Part shown: in pieces, positions 19,748 to 29,773 of the stretch
Numbering within the stretch: the stretch's first letter is position 1
Layout of the letters: each line of letters starts with the position of its first letter
Assembly: GCA_963710375.1 (NCBI GenBank)
Contig: CAVPZX010000002.1
Span: forward strand, 640,001-704,000
From: Nitrospirota bacterium
Lineage (GTDB): Bacteria > Nitrospirota > Thermodesulfovibrionia > Thermodesulfovibrionales > Dissulfurispiraceae
Direction: 5' to 3'
DNA: 64,000 nucleotides
Made by a program: the position numbers and the translations under genes
Notes under the pieces: model-generated
Database searches by the model: none
Told to the model about the DNA's origin: nothing
Seen by the model: only the letters and a program-made list of their open reading frames with translations

Positions 19748-22437
19748 ATGTCTATAAGAAATCTTGAATCTTTTTTCAATCCCAAAAGGATTGCAGTTAT
19801 CGGAGCGAGCGATGACCCCGCTTCTACAGGATACCTTGTTCTCAGGAACATGATCGGCAAAGGATTCAAGGGAGTAGTATATCCCGTGAATCCTTCGCTG
19901 GAGGCGGTGCAGGGGATACAAGCATACAAATCAATCGGCGAAATCACCGAGCCGGTCGATCTGGCGGTTACGACCGTCGGTATTGACGATATCCTTCCCA
20001 CTCTTGAGGAGTGCGGCAAAAAGCGAGTCAAGGGCGTAGCCATAATATCTCCCGACTTTGAGAGCAAGGTCAAAGACCTGCAGCTTTTGGAATCTCAGAT
20101 CAGGCATCTTTCGTTTAAATATGACTTCAGGGTCCTCGGGCCTAACACGCTGGGATTTATCAGGCCGGGTATAAATTTAAATATGAGCCTCTTTCCCAAA
20201 ATGCCTAAGAAAGGCAACATCGCGTTTATTTCCCAGAGCGCTACACTTGCCACCGCACTCCTGGACAGGGCGGTGAGCAAGAATGTAGGCTTCAGCTATA
20301 TTGTTTCGCTTGGAACGAAGCTCGACCTCGGGTTTTCCGACCTGATCGATTTTTTTGGCGTTGACCCCGGGACGAGTGCCATTGTTCTTTACCTCGAACA
20401 TATCCAGCGGGGACGTACATTCATGACCTCTGTCAGGAGCTTTGCGCGCACCAAACCTATAGTTGTCGTCAAGTCAGGCAGATTCGATATATCGGCACAG
20501 GTGGCACATACACATTCAGGGTTTCCTGCCGGCGATGACAAGGTGTACGATGCGGCAATCAAGAGAGCGGGAGCAGTGCGCATATATGAAACTCTTGATC
20601 TCTTCTATATAGTAGAGACGCTTGCCAAACAGCTCCGCCCGAACGGGAAGCGGTTAGCCATCATTTCAAATGCATGGGCCCCGTCCGTTCTTGCAGTAGA
20701 TGCATTGTTGCGCCTTGATGGTGAGCTGCCCATACTCAGTGAAGAGACCACCGGAAGCCTGAAGCAGGAAGTACCTTCAGTAACACAGCCACAGAACCCT
20801 GTCAGCCTCTATACCGATGCCCCACCTAAAGACTACCTGACAGCAATTAAGCATTGCATGAAAGACCCGAACGTTGATGGTGTGCTGGTATTGCATTCAC
20901 CGTATTTCGGCACTGCCCCGACCGAGACAGCATGGGCAGTCGCGGCAGCATTGCAGGGGAATCCCTTTGTTCCCCTCTTTACCGTCTGGATGGGTGATGA
21001 ACAGGTGCTGTCCGCCCGGGAGTATTTAAACGCAAAGGGTATACCTACCTTTGTCACCCCTGAGCAGGCGGTGAGAAGTTTTATTTATATGTACAGCTAT
21101 GATTATAATCTGCAGCTTCTGCAGGAAACACCCGAGGCGATTCTAAAGGACTTCGCCCCTGATACAGGCAGGACGCTCGAAATCTTCAGAAAGGCATCAG
21201 AGGAAAAAAGATACATTCTGGAACTGAATGAAATAAAAGAGATCCTGCAGGCTTACGGTATTCCACTCATCACAACCAGAAAGACCCTGAGCGAAGAGGA
21301 GGCGATGCAAACAGCCGAAAATATCGGATACCCTGTCGTACTAAAGATAGATTCGGAGAAGATTGTTCATAAGCTGGAGAAGGGAGGGGTAATCCTTAAC
21401 CTTAAAGACAGGTCTTCCGTGCAACTTGCCTTCAGGCAGATCAGGAAACTGGCCGCTGACATCGGGGACCCGGAAGCGCATGTCATAGTCCAGCCGATGA
21501 TCCTAAGACAGAGCTTTGAACTGGCATTCGGCGCCAGGAAAGACCCCACCTTTGGAGCAGTAATCGTTTTCGGTACAGGCGGAGAACTTCTTGAAGCAGT
21601 CGGAGATTATGCGGTAGGTCTTCCCCCGCTCAATCAGATGCTCGCAAGGCGCATGATGGAGGAAACCAGGATTTTCAAATATATGCAGACTCAGGAAGTA
21701 TATAAGGATATGCTGCGATTACTCGAAGAAACACTTGTACGGTTTTCTCATCTTATAGTAGATTTCCCCTGCATAAAAGAGGTGAACATTAACCCCTTCG
21801 TCGTCACCGGCAAAGAGGGGCTGGTCCGGGATGCTGCCATGCTGATCGAAAAAGACCAAATGCAGGAATGTGAACAGATGAAAGACGATATTTGTCCTCC
21901 CCACCTTTCTATCTGCCCCTATCCTTTTAAATACGTCAGAGAGGTCGTGCTCAAAGACGGAAAAGCAGCGGGCATCAGGCCGATCCGGCCCGAAGATGAA
22001 CCGCTCATCTATGACTCTTTAAGTCGCTTTCCGATGACACCATTATGTTCAGATTCTGCCAGCGTCTGACCGATATACCGCATGAACGGCTTGTGCGCTA
22101 TTGTCAGATCGATTATGACAGGGAACTGGCCTTTGTCGCAGTAATCAGGGAAACTCCGGACCGTGAAAAGATCATTGCCGACATTAGAATCATAAAAATG
22201 CCTGACCTTGAAACCGCTGAACTTGCAATTCTTGTGGCCGATGGGTGGCAGGGGCACGGCATCGGCACCATGCTTATGGACTATTGCATCGAGGTTGCCG
22301 CTCAATCAGGAATAAAGCTCATCTGGATGGAGATATTGAAAACAAACTCGAAGATGCTGCATCTTTCTCAGGCAAGCGGGTTTAAGCTTTCCTATGATGA
22401 TGAAGATATGATAAGAGTTACACGCGAGATTAGCTGA
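19748..22437 (+). CDS. Acyl-CoA synthetase (NDP-forming)/GNAT fusion, Pat-like lysine acetyltransferase; 1-nt deletion near 22015
   Basis: CoA-binding, ligase and ATP-grasp domains (19748..22069) and GNAT (22045..22437); restoring GAGCTC gives IRPEDEPLIYELFKSLSDDTIMFRF. Confidence 0.88.
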
Positions 22438-22457
22438 CCCGCGCGTTCCTGTGCGTG

Positions 22458-22486
22458 TTGACAAGACGAATACATTGTGGTAAATT
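22458..22486 (+). promoter_or_regulatory. sigma70 promoter of the NHL lipoprotein gene
   Basis: TTGACA-17 bp-TAAATT. Confidence 0.65.
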
Positions 22487-22551
22487 GGGACGTCGCAAAG
22501 TATGGTTTAATACCCTGATTTATAGAAGAATAAACCAAATAGGAGAATATA

Positions 22552-23655
22552 ATGAAGAGAGGACTGAAAACAGTATTGGTTTTATCTCTATCTTTTATAA
22601 TGTCCGCAGCATTCATACAATGTGGTGGAGGCCACGCTCCGCAAAGTAGTGGCGAATCTGTCAATGGCAGCGGTGCTTCCAATAGCAGCGGCGCTTCCAA
22701 TTCCAGCGGCGCCTCCAATTCCACGATAACACCTACTGTTGGCGCTAATCCAGCCAGCATTGCTATAGACGCCTCCGGTGATGTATGGGTGACAAATTTC
22801 GGCGTCAACAGCGTTACAGAGTTGACCTCTGCCGGGGCGTCCAACAGCACATATGGCACATTATCATTCGGCGGCGCAAGTCCGTTTGGCATTGCCCTGG
22901 ACTATCTGGGCTTTATTTGGACAGCAGACTATGACGACAACTCTGTTACAATGATAGAATTTAACGTGCCCGCATTTAATGCCACGACCTGTCCTAACGG
23001 TTTTCAAGGCTCCGGACAAACTGTGTACCGTAAATTTACCGCTGCCGAAGGCATTGGGACGGGGCCGCACGGTATTGCTATAGACGCCTCCGGCAATATC
23101 TGGGTCACAAATTACGGCACCACCTCAACTGCCGGTACCACTGTTACAAAGATGATCCCGACTTTCAGCCAGTTTTGTTTTACTACGTCCCCGTCTGTAG
23201 TGACTGTGACACCCGCTCCCTCTTCTCCCTTCACAGTCGGCAATAATCCTTATGGCGTTGCTATTGACGCTTACGGCAATGCCTGGGTTTCAAATTACGG
23301 AAGCAACAATGTCACAGAGTTAAGCTCCAGCGGGGCAGTGCTTAATACATATACCGTCGGCATCGGGCCGCGAGGCATCGCCGTAGATCCATCCGGCAAT
23401 GTGTGGGTTGCAAATTTCGGTACAACCACTACGCCGGGCAACACAATTACAGAATTAAACAGTAAAGGGACCTTTCTTAATACATACACAGTCGGATTTA
23501 ATCCGGAAGGAATCGCCATAGACCCATCGGGCAATGTCTGGGTGGCAAATTATTATGCTAACAACACAAATCACCTCACCGGCACTCTAACTTCCTTGAG
23601 AGATACATCACCAGGAACACATTTCTTCCCGTATGCCGGCCCTATTTGGCCGTAA
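22552..23655 (+). CDS. NHL-repeat beta-propeller lipoprotein
   Basis: Signal peptide ending AAFIQC; six PxGIAxDxxGNxWVxN repeats. Confidence 0.88.
   Translation: MKRGLKTVLVLSLSFIMSAAFIQCGGGHAPQSSGESVNGSGASNSSGASNSSGASNSTITPTVGANPASIAIDASGDVWVTNFGVNSVTELTSAGASNSTYGTLSFGGASPFGIALDYLGFIWTADYDDNSVTMIEFNVPAFNATTCPNGFQGSGQTVYRKFTAAEGIGTGPHGIAIDASGNIWVTNYGTTSTAGTTVTKMIPTFSQFCFTTSPSVVTVTPAPSSPFTVGNNPYGVAIDAYGNAWVSNYGSNNVTELSSSGAVLNTYTVGIGPRGIAVDPSGNVWVANFGTTTTPGNTITELNSKGTFLNTYTVGFNPEGIAIDPSGNVWVANYYANNTNHLTGTLTSLRDTSPGTHFFPYAGPIWP
22669..22722 (+). repeat. Three 18-bp coding tandem repeats (SGASNS)
   Basis: agcggtgcttccaatagc / agcggcgcttccaattcc / agcggcgcctccaattcc. Confidence 0.85.
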
Positions 23656-23661
23656 TGATAT

Positions 23662-24942
23662 TTAAGTTCTACCGGCAACTTTAAATGTTGACGCTGCGAG
23701 GCCTTTCAGATACTGTATTCTCTCGCTCACTGGAGGGTGAGAGTAATACAATGCGACATACAATGGGTGAGGATAGAAATTGGAGAGGTTTTCCTCTGAA
23801 AGCTTTATAAGGGCACTCTCCATGCTCCCTGCATCCCCGGTTAGTTCGTATGATGCCAGATCAGCCTCACGCTCATTCCTCCTTAGGAAAAAGTTGCCGA
23901 GCGGCCTCAGCGGAAACAGGAAAATTCCTGAAACAAAACCAAGCAAAAGCAATTTTACAAAAAGCGTATCGGCACCTATTCCAAAGACATGAAGGAGTAT
24001 ATCGCTTTGGATAATCCTATATGAAACATATATACCAAGAAATGAAAATATCTCAAAGACAGCGAGCGTCTTAAGCAGATGCTTCCTTTTCCAGTGGCCG
24101 ATCTCATGGGCAAGCACGGAGAGAATTTCATTGGCGTCCATATGCTCAAGAAGCGTGTCATAAAGGACCACCCTTTTTGTCCGCCCTATCCCCGTAAAGT
24201 AGGCATTCGTGTGCCTGCTCCTTCTTGATGCATCGACCTTCAATATCCTGCTTGCCTGAATGCCGGCCTTTTTTGTCAGTTCAATTATTTTATCCTTGAG
24301 CGTCTCATCCTGAACAGGACTGAATTTGTTAAACAGCGGCTCAATGACATACGGTGCTATATACATAACAATCATGCTGAAAATAAAAAGAAAGCCCCAT
24401 ACCCAGAACCACCAGAAGCGGGGGCTCCATTGAATAAGCGAGAGACCCACAAAAATGACCAATGAGAGCATGACTGTCGATATAAGCAAGGACTTTATAA
24501 AATCCGATATCCAGAGACGGAATGTCATGGTGTTGAACCCATACTTGTTTTCTATTCTGAAGATAGTATGGAGGCCGAAAGGGGTAGATAATATCTCATC
24601 CGTATAATATAAAAGCATAAAAAAGAGCCATCCGGAAAAAATAAAGGCCAGGTTAAGCGACGAAATCCAGGTATTATACCGGTCAAGCAGACCGGCAAAG
24701 ATGAATGCAATGACGACAAGATTTCCGAACAGCGAGGTAACGAAACCGAACATTGCCTTGTCCCTCTCGTAGGCCTGCATCCTTTCGAGCATCCGCTCAT
24801 CGACCTTGCCCTCAAACTCCGGCGGTATTTTAGTGCCGGCTTTCCCCACGTGCCTTAGATTGAGATATTGCACTATGTATTGAAACGCCTCTTCAAGGAT
24901 ATAGAGGAAAAAGATCAAATAAAATACGGATTTAAAGTCCAT
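23662..24942 (-). CDS. M48 family (Ste24-like) membrane zinc protease
   Basis: NAYFTG, LAHEIGH, EREAD, YSHPP motifs. Confidence 0.95.
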   Translation of the reverse strand: MDFKSVFYLIFFLYILEEAFQYIVQYLNLRHVGKAGTKIPPEFEGKVDERMLERMQAYERDKAMFGFVTSLFGNLVVIAFIFAGLLDRYNTWISSLNLAFIFSGWLFFMLLYYTDEILSTPFGLHTIFRIENKYGFNTMTFRLWISDFIKSLLISTVMLSLVIFVGLSLIQWSPRFWWFWVWGFLFIFSMIVMYIAPYVIEPLFNKFSPVQDETLKDKIIELTKKAGIQASRILKVDASRRSRHTNAYFTGIGRTKRVVLYDTLLEHMDANEILSVLAHEIGHWKRKHLLKTLAVFEIFSFLGIYVSYRIIQSDILLHVFGIGADTLFVKLLLLGFVSGIFLFPLRPLGNFFLRRNEREADLASYELTGDAGSMESALIKLSEENLSNFYPHPLYVALYYSHPPVSERIQYLKGLAASTFKVAGRT

Positions 24943-24956
24943 AGGTAATTATATAC

Positions 24957-25192
24957 TAATCCATATTATTCATAAATTTATACGAGGAGCAGGCGGGACA
25001 TGGTGCTGAGCGGACTTTGACAGCCTAAGGGACACCAAGGATGGTGACACAGGCTGTCATAGCCTCGGAGCAAGGCTGGACGCCTTGCGAGAAGACGGGG
25101 TCCCCGAAAGGTCGAAGACCTTTGGGGTGGCAGTTGAGTGAAGCACTGTGGCCTGACTGCTCCTTGTATAAATTTATGAATAATATGGGTTA
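24957..25192. mobile_element. MITE-like palindromic element A (236 bp)
   Basis: About 36-bp terminal inverted repeats with two mismatches, TA at both ends, nested internal hairpins, no ORF. Confidence 0.75.
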
Positions 25193-25237
25193 CGGCTTTG
25201 TTTCCTGTCTTCGGTAATTTGTTACAATAACGACATT

Positions 25238-25879
25238 ATGCTGAAAAGACAGATTGCTGTCGGCGACATACACGGCTGTTTTGATTTGCTCAAAACGCTG
25301 GTCGAAAAAATCATAAGGTTCACGCCTGATGAGGACATGCTCATATTTACCGGCGATTATATAGACAGGGGAAAAAAGTCCAAAGAGGTAGTCCAGTATT
25401 TAAGCGAACTGAAAGAAAAATTCCCCGATAACGTCGTACTCCTCAAAGGGAATCATGAGGACCTTGCCTATAATGCGCTGACAGATCCTGACCCGGAAAA
25501 AGAAATGCTTTTTTGGCGTTTAAACGGAGGCACTGCTACTGTAATCAGCTTCAGCGGCATAAGGAATTCTAGAGAATGCCTCATCCCATTTATCGAATCA
25601 CTGCAGCTTTATTATGAAACCGATACGCACATCTTTGTACACGGGGGCATCCCTCGCGGCAAAGACCTGAGCACCGCCACTCCCGAAGATCTGCTCTGGG
25701 ACAGAGAATTCTCTTATGATGGAGAGAAAACTCTCGTTGTAGGGCACACCCCAAAGAGCATAGTCACCAATTTCAACAGCGGCAAAATAATCTGCGTCGA
25801 TACCGGGGCATATATGACCGGTATCCTGTCTGCCTATGATGTGATTAATAATAAGGTGTATAAAACAACAGGGGAATAG
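25238..25879 (+). CDS. Metallophosphoesterase (PPP/ApaH-like Ser/Thr phosphatase)
   Basis: GDIHG, GDYIDRG, GNHE, GHTP, DTGA motifs. Confidence 0.95.
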   Translation: MLKRQIAVGDIHGCFDLLKTLVEKIIRFTPDEDMLIFTGDYIDRGKKSKEVVQYLSELKEKFPDNVVLLKGNHEDLAYNALTDPDPEKEMLFWRLNGGTATVISFSGIRNSRECLIPFIESLQLYYETDTHIFVHGGIPRGKDLSTATPEDLLWDREFSYDGEKTLVVGHTPKSIVTNFNSGKIICVDTGAYMTGILSAYDVINNKVYKTTGE

Positions 25880-25894
25880 GAAGGTCAGGGTTCG

Positions 25895-26563
25895 CTATTT
25901 CCGGACAACCTGTCCTGTCGGCTCCCATGTGAGGGCCTTTACCGGAGGTGGAGGACGAAAACTCTCTACCAGGTCCCCTATCCTCGCACTGCTGAAATGC
26001 TTTATTCTTATGCCGGCCAGCTGTCCCTGCACAACCTTCTTTACCGCTGTATCTCCTACATGGAGCGACTCTATAGTGCCTTCGAAAACAGGCCCCATGG
26101 CAGAGATAACGCGGAAGCGTTCGCCAATAGAAAAAACGCCTTCCATAACTTCGCATCCAATGATGATACCCTTCCTGCTGCTTTTGAAAAGGGCTATTAT
26201 TTTGCCGGAGCCAATTACCTGCTCCTCTGGAAAATGGGGGACCAGGGCCCCGGCAATAGCCTTGATGTCATCGATGAGATTGTAAATCACATCATAAAGG
26301 CGCACCTCCACCCTTTGCTCCCTTAACAACTTATCCAGGAACGGCATAACGCCGGTCTGAAAACCAATGATGAGCCTGCTTGCAGTCTCGGCAAAAAGAA
26401 CATCGGATTTGCTGATGGCCCCGATGCCGCTGTGGATAACGCTGATATCGACATCGGTCACGGTCAGTGCTGCAAGGCTATTGGTGACAGCCTCCACGCT
26501 TCCGGCTGTATCGCATTTAAGGACTATTTCGAGCTTTGTCTTTTTACTTTGCGGTGGAACCAT
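25895..26563 (-). CDS. Stand-alone IF2 C-terminal (C1+C2) domain protein
   Basis: LEIVLKCDTAGSVEA, IGAISKSDV, VIYNLIDDIK, IGCEVMEG resemble IF2 C-terminal domains; no GTPase domain; start moved from 26632 (inside a MITE) to ATG 26563. Confidence 0.82.
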   Translation of the reverse strand: MVPPQSKKTKLEIVLKCDTAGSVEAVTNSLAALTVTDVDISVIHSGIGAISKSDVLFAETASRLIIGFQTGVMPFLDKLLREQRVEVRLYDVIYNLIDDIKAIAGALVPHFPEEQVIGSGKIIALFKSSRKGIIIGCEVMEGVFSIGERFRVISAMGPVFEGTIESLHVGDTAVKKVVQGQLAGIRIKHFSSARIGDLVESFRPPPPVKALTWEPTGQVVRK

Positions 26564-26569
26564 ATTCAA

Positions 26570-26598
26570 ATCATAGGGCACCAGCCAAGTGCTGTCAA
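26570..26598 (-). promoter_or_regulatory. sigma70 promoter, leaderless arrangement
   Basis: TTGACA-17 bp-TATGAT, 6 nt before ATG 26563. Confidence 0.78.
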
Positions 26599-26604
26599 TT
26601 CCAT

Positions 26605-26786
26605 AGGGCTCGCGAATAAATAACTTGTGCATTCAGGCGCTCAGATTTAGGTCAGATTTGGCTGATCCGACTGAGCAAAACCGCAGGCGTAGCATCGCTA
26701 CGTTGAGGATTTTGCGACTGAGGATCGGGCAAAGCTGGCCTGAAGCTTAGATGCATCAATGTGCAAGTTATTTATTAGCGAGCCCT
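26605..26786. mobile_element. MITE-like palindromic element B (182 bp)
   Basis: TIRs agggctcgcgaataaataacttgtgcatt / aatgtgcaagttatttattagcgagccct; central cgtagc-atc-gctacg hairpin. Confidence 0.75.
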
Positions 26787-26834
26787 TAACCTTTACATTT
26801 GCTCTTTTTTTCATGTATTCTTAAAAACCATACC

Positions 26835-27497
26835 ATGATAGACCTGCATACTCACAGCATATTCAGTGACGGCGAGCTTATTCCAGCTGAACTCATCCGG
26901 CGGGCTGTCGCAAAGGGCTACAGCGCCCTGGCCATTACAGACCACGTTGACCAGTCAAATATTGATTTTATTGTACCCCGGATAGTAAAGGTAATCGAAA
27001 GCATGCGTCAACACCTCCCTATTCCGGTGCTCGCAGGCGCTGAAATAACGCATGTGCCGCCGGCGTTAATACCCGGCATAATAAAAGAGGCCCGGTTGCT
27101 GGGAGCACAAATAATAGTTGTCCACGGGGAGACCATAGTCGAGCCGGTGGCGGAAGGCACGAACAGGGCAGCCATTGAGGGAGGAGCAGATATTCTCGCA
27201 CATCCGGGCATTATCTCTCATGAAGACCTGCTGCTTGCTGCAGATGCCGGAATAACCCTTGAGATAACAGTAAGGAAAGGACATAGTCTATCAAACGGAT
27301 ATGTAGCGAGGCATGCGATGGAAACCGGTGTCCAGTTAACCATAGATACCGATGCCCATTCGCCTTCTGACCTCATTACAAAGGATTTTGCCGAACGTGT
27401 TCTGCTGGCTGCAGGGATTGAAAAAAGAGCAGTTGAGCATATATTTCACCATGCCCGCACGCTTGTTGAAAAGGCGCTTGACCGGGGGCAATCATAG
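26835..27497 (+). CDS. PHP domain protein (histidinol-phosphatase-like)
   Basis: DLHTHS, ITDH, AHPG, DTDAH motifs. Confidence 0.92.
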   Translation: MIDLHTHSIFSDGELIPAELIRRAVAKGYSALAITDHVDQSNIDFIVPRIVKVIESMRQHLPIPVLAGAEITHVPPALIPGIIKEARLLGAQIIVVHGETIVEPVAEGTNRAAIEGGADILAHPGIISHEDLLLAADAGITLEITVRKGHSLSNGYVARHAMETGVQLTIDTDAHSPSDLITKDFAERVLLAAGIEKRAVEHIFHHARTLVEKALDRGQS

Positions 27498-27530
27498 GCA
27501 GTAAATGCTAAAGTCTTAGGAGGTAAATAG

Positions 27531-28253
27531 ATGCCCAAAGCAATTAAAAAAAGGATCTCCAGGAAAACTCAAGGAGATGACAACCTAGGCGAGGCTGTTG
27601 CCGATATACGAAAAAAGTTTCAGTCGAGGCAGAGTACCCTTGTTTATGCACTTCTCATATTTGTCCTGATAATAATAATTGTCGGCGCCTTCGTGCTTTA
27701 CCACCGCGCAAGTGTTGCCAAGGCGGAAAAGATGGAATATGAGGGGTTCAAAATATTCACCGGCATAACTGCGACGCAATATGCTTCACCTGCGGACCGT
27801 TTTAAAGATGCCCTCCAAAAGTTCCAGGCTTCCTTTGCGGTAAGAAAGAGCCCGACTGCCCTTCTCAATATCGCAAACTGCTACTATGAACTGGGCAATC
27901 TCGACGAGACCCTGAAAACTCTTAAAGAGCTGACTGACCAGTACACCGATCCTAAAATTACTTCTCTCGCCTATTATAAGATGGCAATTACCTATATCAG
28001 AAAGGGTGACCTGAACAGCGCCGTGAATACCTTTGGCATTATATCAAGCATCAAGGATGCTCCGCTGCAGGATATGGCACTGCTTGAAAGCGGTAAGACG
28101 TTGGAATCAATGGGCAGAACCGAAGAGGCCAAGGCCAAATATAACGAACTCATTAACAAATACCCAAAATCTCCCCTGGCCGATGAGGCAAGGTGGCGGC
28201 TCAGCAACAAGCAGTCAACCACAGAGGGCGCAGCGAATAACGCGATAAAATAG
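27531..28253 (+). CDS. Membrane-anchored TPR protein (YfgM-like)
   Basis: Basic N-terminus, one TM helix, TPR helices; AGGAGG SD. Confidence 0.85.
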   Translation: MPKAIKKRISRKTQGDDNLGEAVADIRKKFQSRQSTLVYALLIFVLIIIIVGAFVLYHRASVAKAEKMEYEGFKIFTGITATQYASPADRFKDALQKFQASFAVRKSPTALLNIANCYYELGNLDETLKTLKELTDQYTDPKITSLAYYKMAITYIRKGDLNSAVNTFGIISSIKDAPLQDMALLESGKTLESMGRTEEAKAKYNELINKYPKSPLADEARWRLSNKQSTTEGAANNAIK

Positions 28254-28254
28254 A

Positions 28255-28335
28255 AGGGGAGAACCGGAGAATCGGCGAATCGGCGAAAAGTCTTTTGCTC
28301 CGATTCACTCTTTCGCCCCTTCCCCGATTCTTCCT
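28255..28335. repeat. Fold-back element of inverted 8-mer arrays (CGGCGAAT / CCGATTC)
   Basis: ggagaaccggagaatcggcgaatcggcgaaa...ccgattcac...ccccgattcttcc between convergent genes. Confidence 0.75.
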
Positions 28336-28350
28336 ATGCATTCTGTGGAG

Positions 28351-29643
28351 TTAAACGCCTTTGGGGGAGCGTTTGCTCTTGCTGGAATGTTCCCTTTTGG
28401 TTCCTTGATGACGGTCTCCAGGAGATTTTTTATGTGACTTATCTGAAGCCGCCCGGAAATGTTTTTTTGCCGGGAAGTACGCTGCAGGCTGCTTGTAGTC
28501 CTTTACTACCATGTCGTCTTCCACCGGAACAACCGGAATTTTCGCTTTGATATACTTCTCTATGTCCTCGAGGGCATAGACATATTCCTCGCAGACAAAG
28601 CTTATAGCCTTCCCCTCAGCTCCAGCCCTGGCAGTCCTGCCTATACGGTGGACGTAGTCTTCTCTGTCCTGGGGCAGGTCATAGTTGATTACATGAGTGA
28701 CTCCATCAATGTGGAGTCCCCGGCTGGCAACATCAGACGCCACCAGCACAGGAAGGGTCCCTGCCTTGAAACGGGAAACTATATCTGAGCGCTTCCATTG
28801 CGGAATGTCTCCGGTTATGGCGGCTGCTTTTATACCATTCGCCTTGAGCAGTCTCTCAAGTCTCTCGGCAGTTATTTTCATGTTTGTAAAGATCAGGATG
28901 CGGCCGGCTTTCTCGCCGCGCAATATGCCAAGCAGAAGGCCCGGCTTTTCCGATGTCCCCACATGGTAAAGTTCCTGTTTGACCTCTTTCACAGTTATCT
29001 GTTCAGGCGTGATGGAAACCTTTTCAGGAAGGTTCATGTATTCGTAGCAAAGCTCCATAACACGGTAGGACAGCGTTGCTGAAAAAAGCATGGACTGCCG
29101 CTTCGTATAGGGCGACATCCTCCGTAACAGGAAGCGTAGATCTTTGATAAAACCCATATCGAACAAGCGGTCGGCTTCGTCGATCACAAGGAACTCGGTC
29201 TTTTTAAGGTTGTAGATGTTTTGTTTCAGGTAATCGATAAGACGGCCCGGAGTGCCTATGACCATGTCGGCCCCCTGCTTTAGCTCAGCGCGCTGTTTAT
29301 TATAGTCAATGCCTCCATAGATAGGAATTATATTGAATGCGGTGAACTGGCCGAGAAGGAGGGCTTCATCATGAATCTGCGTCACTAGTTCGCGGGTTGG
29401 GGCAATTACGAGAGCACGAGGCGACGAAGCCTGCTTTGGCGGCTGCTGAACAAGCATACGCGAGAAAACAGCGATCAGAAATGCGGCAGTCTTCCCAGTG
29501 CCTGTCTGGGCCTGGGCAGCTATATCTTTCCCGCTCAGCGCATCGGGCAGTGTAGCAGCCTGTACCGGTGTACACTCCAGGAAACCGGCGGCTTTAATGC
29601 CATTAATAACAGCCTCAGGAATACCAAGATTATCGAACAGCAT
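28351..29643 (-). CDS. DEAD-box RNA helicase (RhlB-like)
   Basis: AQTGTGKT, PTREL, DEAD, SAT, HRIGRTAR motifs. Confidence 0.96.
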   Translation of the reverse strand: MLFDNLGIPEAVINGIKAAGFLECTPVQAATLPDALSGKDIAAQAQTGTGKTAAFLIAVFSRMLVQQPPKQASSPRALVIAPTRELVTQIHDEALLLGQFTAFNIIPIYGGIDYNKQRAELKQGADMVIGTPGRLIDYLKQNIYNLKKTEFLVIDEADRLFDMGFIKDLRFLLRRMSPYTKRQSMLFSATLSYRVMELCYEYMNLPEKVSITPEQITVKEVKQELYHVGTSEKPGLLLGILRGEKAGRILIFTNMKITAERLERLLKANGIKAAAITGDIPQWKRSDIVSRFKAGTLPVLVASDVASRGLHIDGVTHVINYDLPQDREDYVHRIGRTARAGAEGKAISFVCEEYVYALEDIEKYIKAKIPVVPVEDDMVVKDYKQPAAYFPAKKHFRAASDKSHKKSPGDRHQGTKREHSSKSKRSPKGV

Positions 29644-29773
29644 ATATTACTATACCTTATAACCGTTGATGGCCGCAAAAAACATGTAAAGCAAGAAAGA
29701 AAACGATGGATATCTTGGAAGCCGGCCACTGCGGGAAAAAATGCCTTTATAAACCCGAACAGTTGAGAGAATG

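Noticed and set aside
26564..26632. N-terminal 23 aa of ORF 25895..26632
   Set aside because: Derived from the MITE end and the promoter; IF2 similarity starts after ATG 26563.
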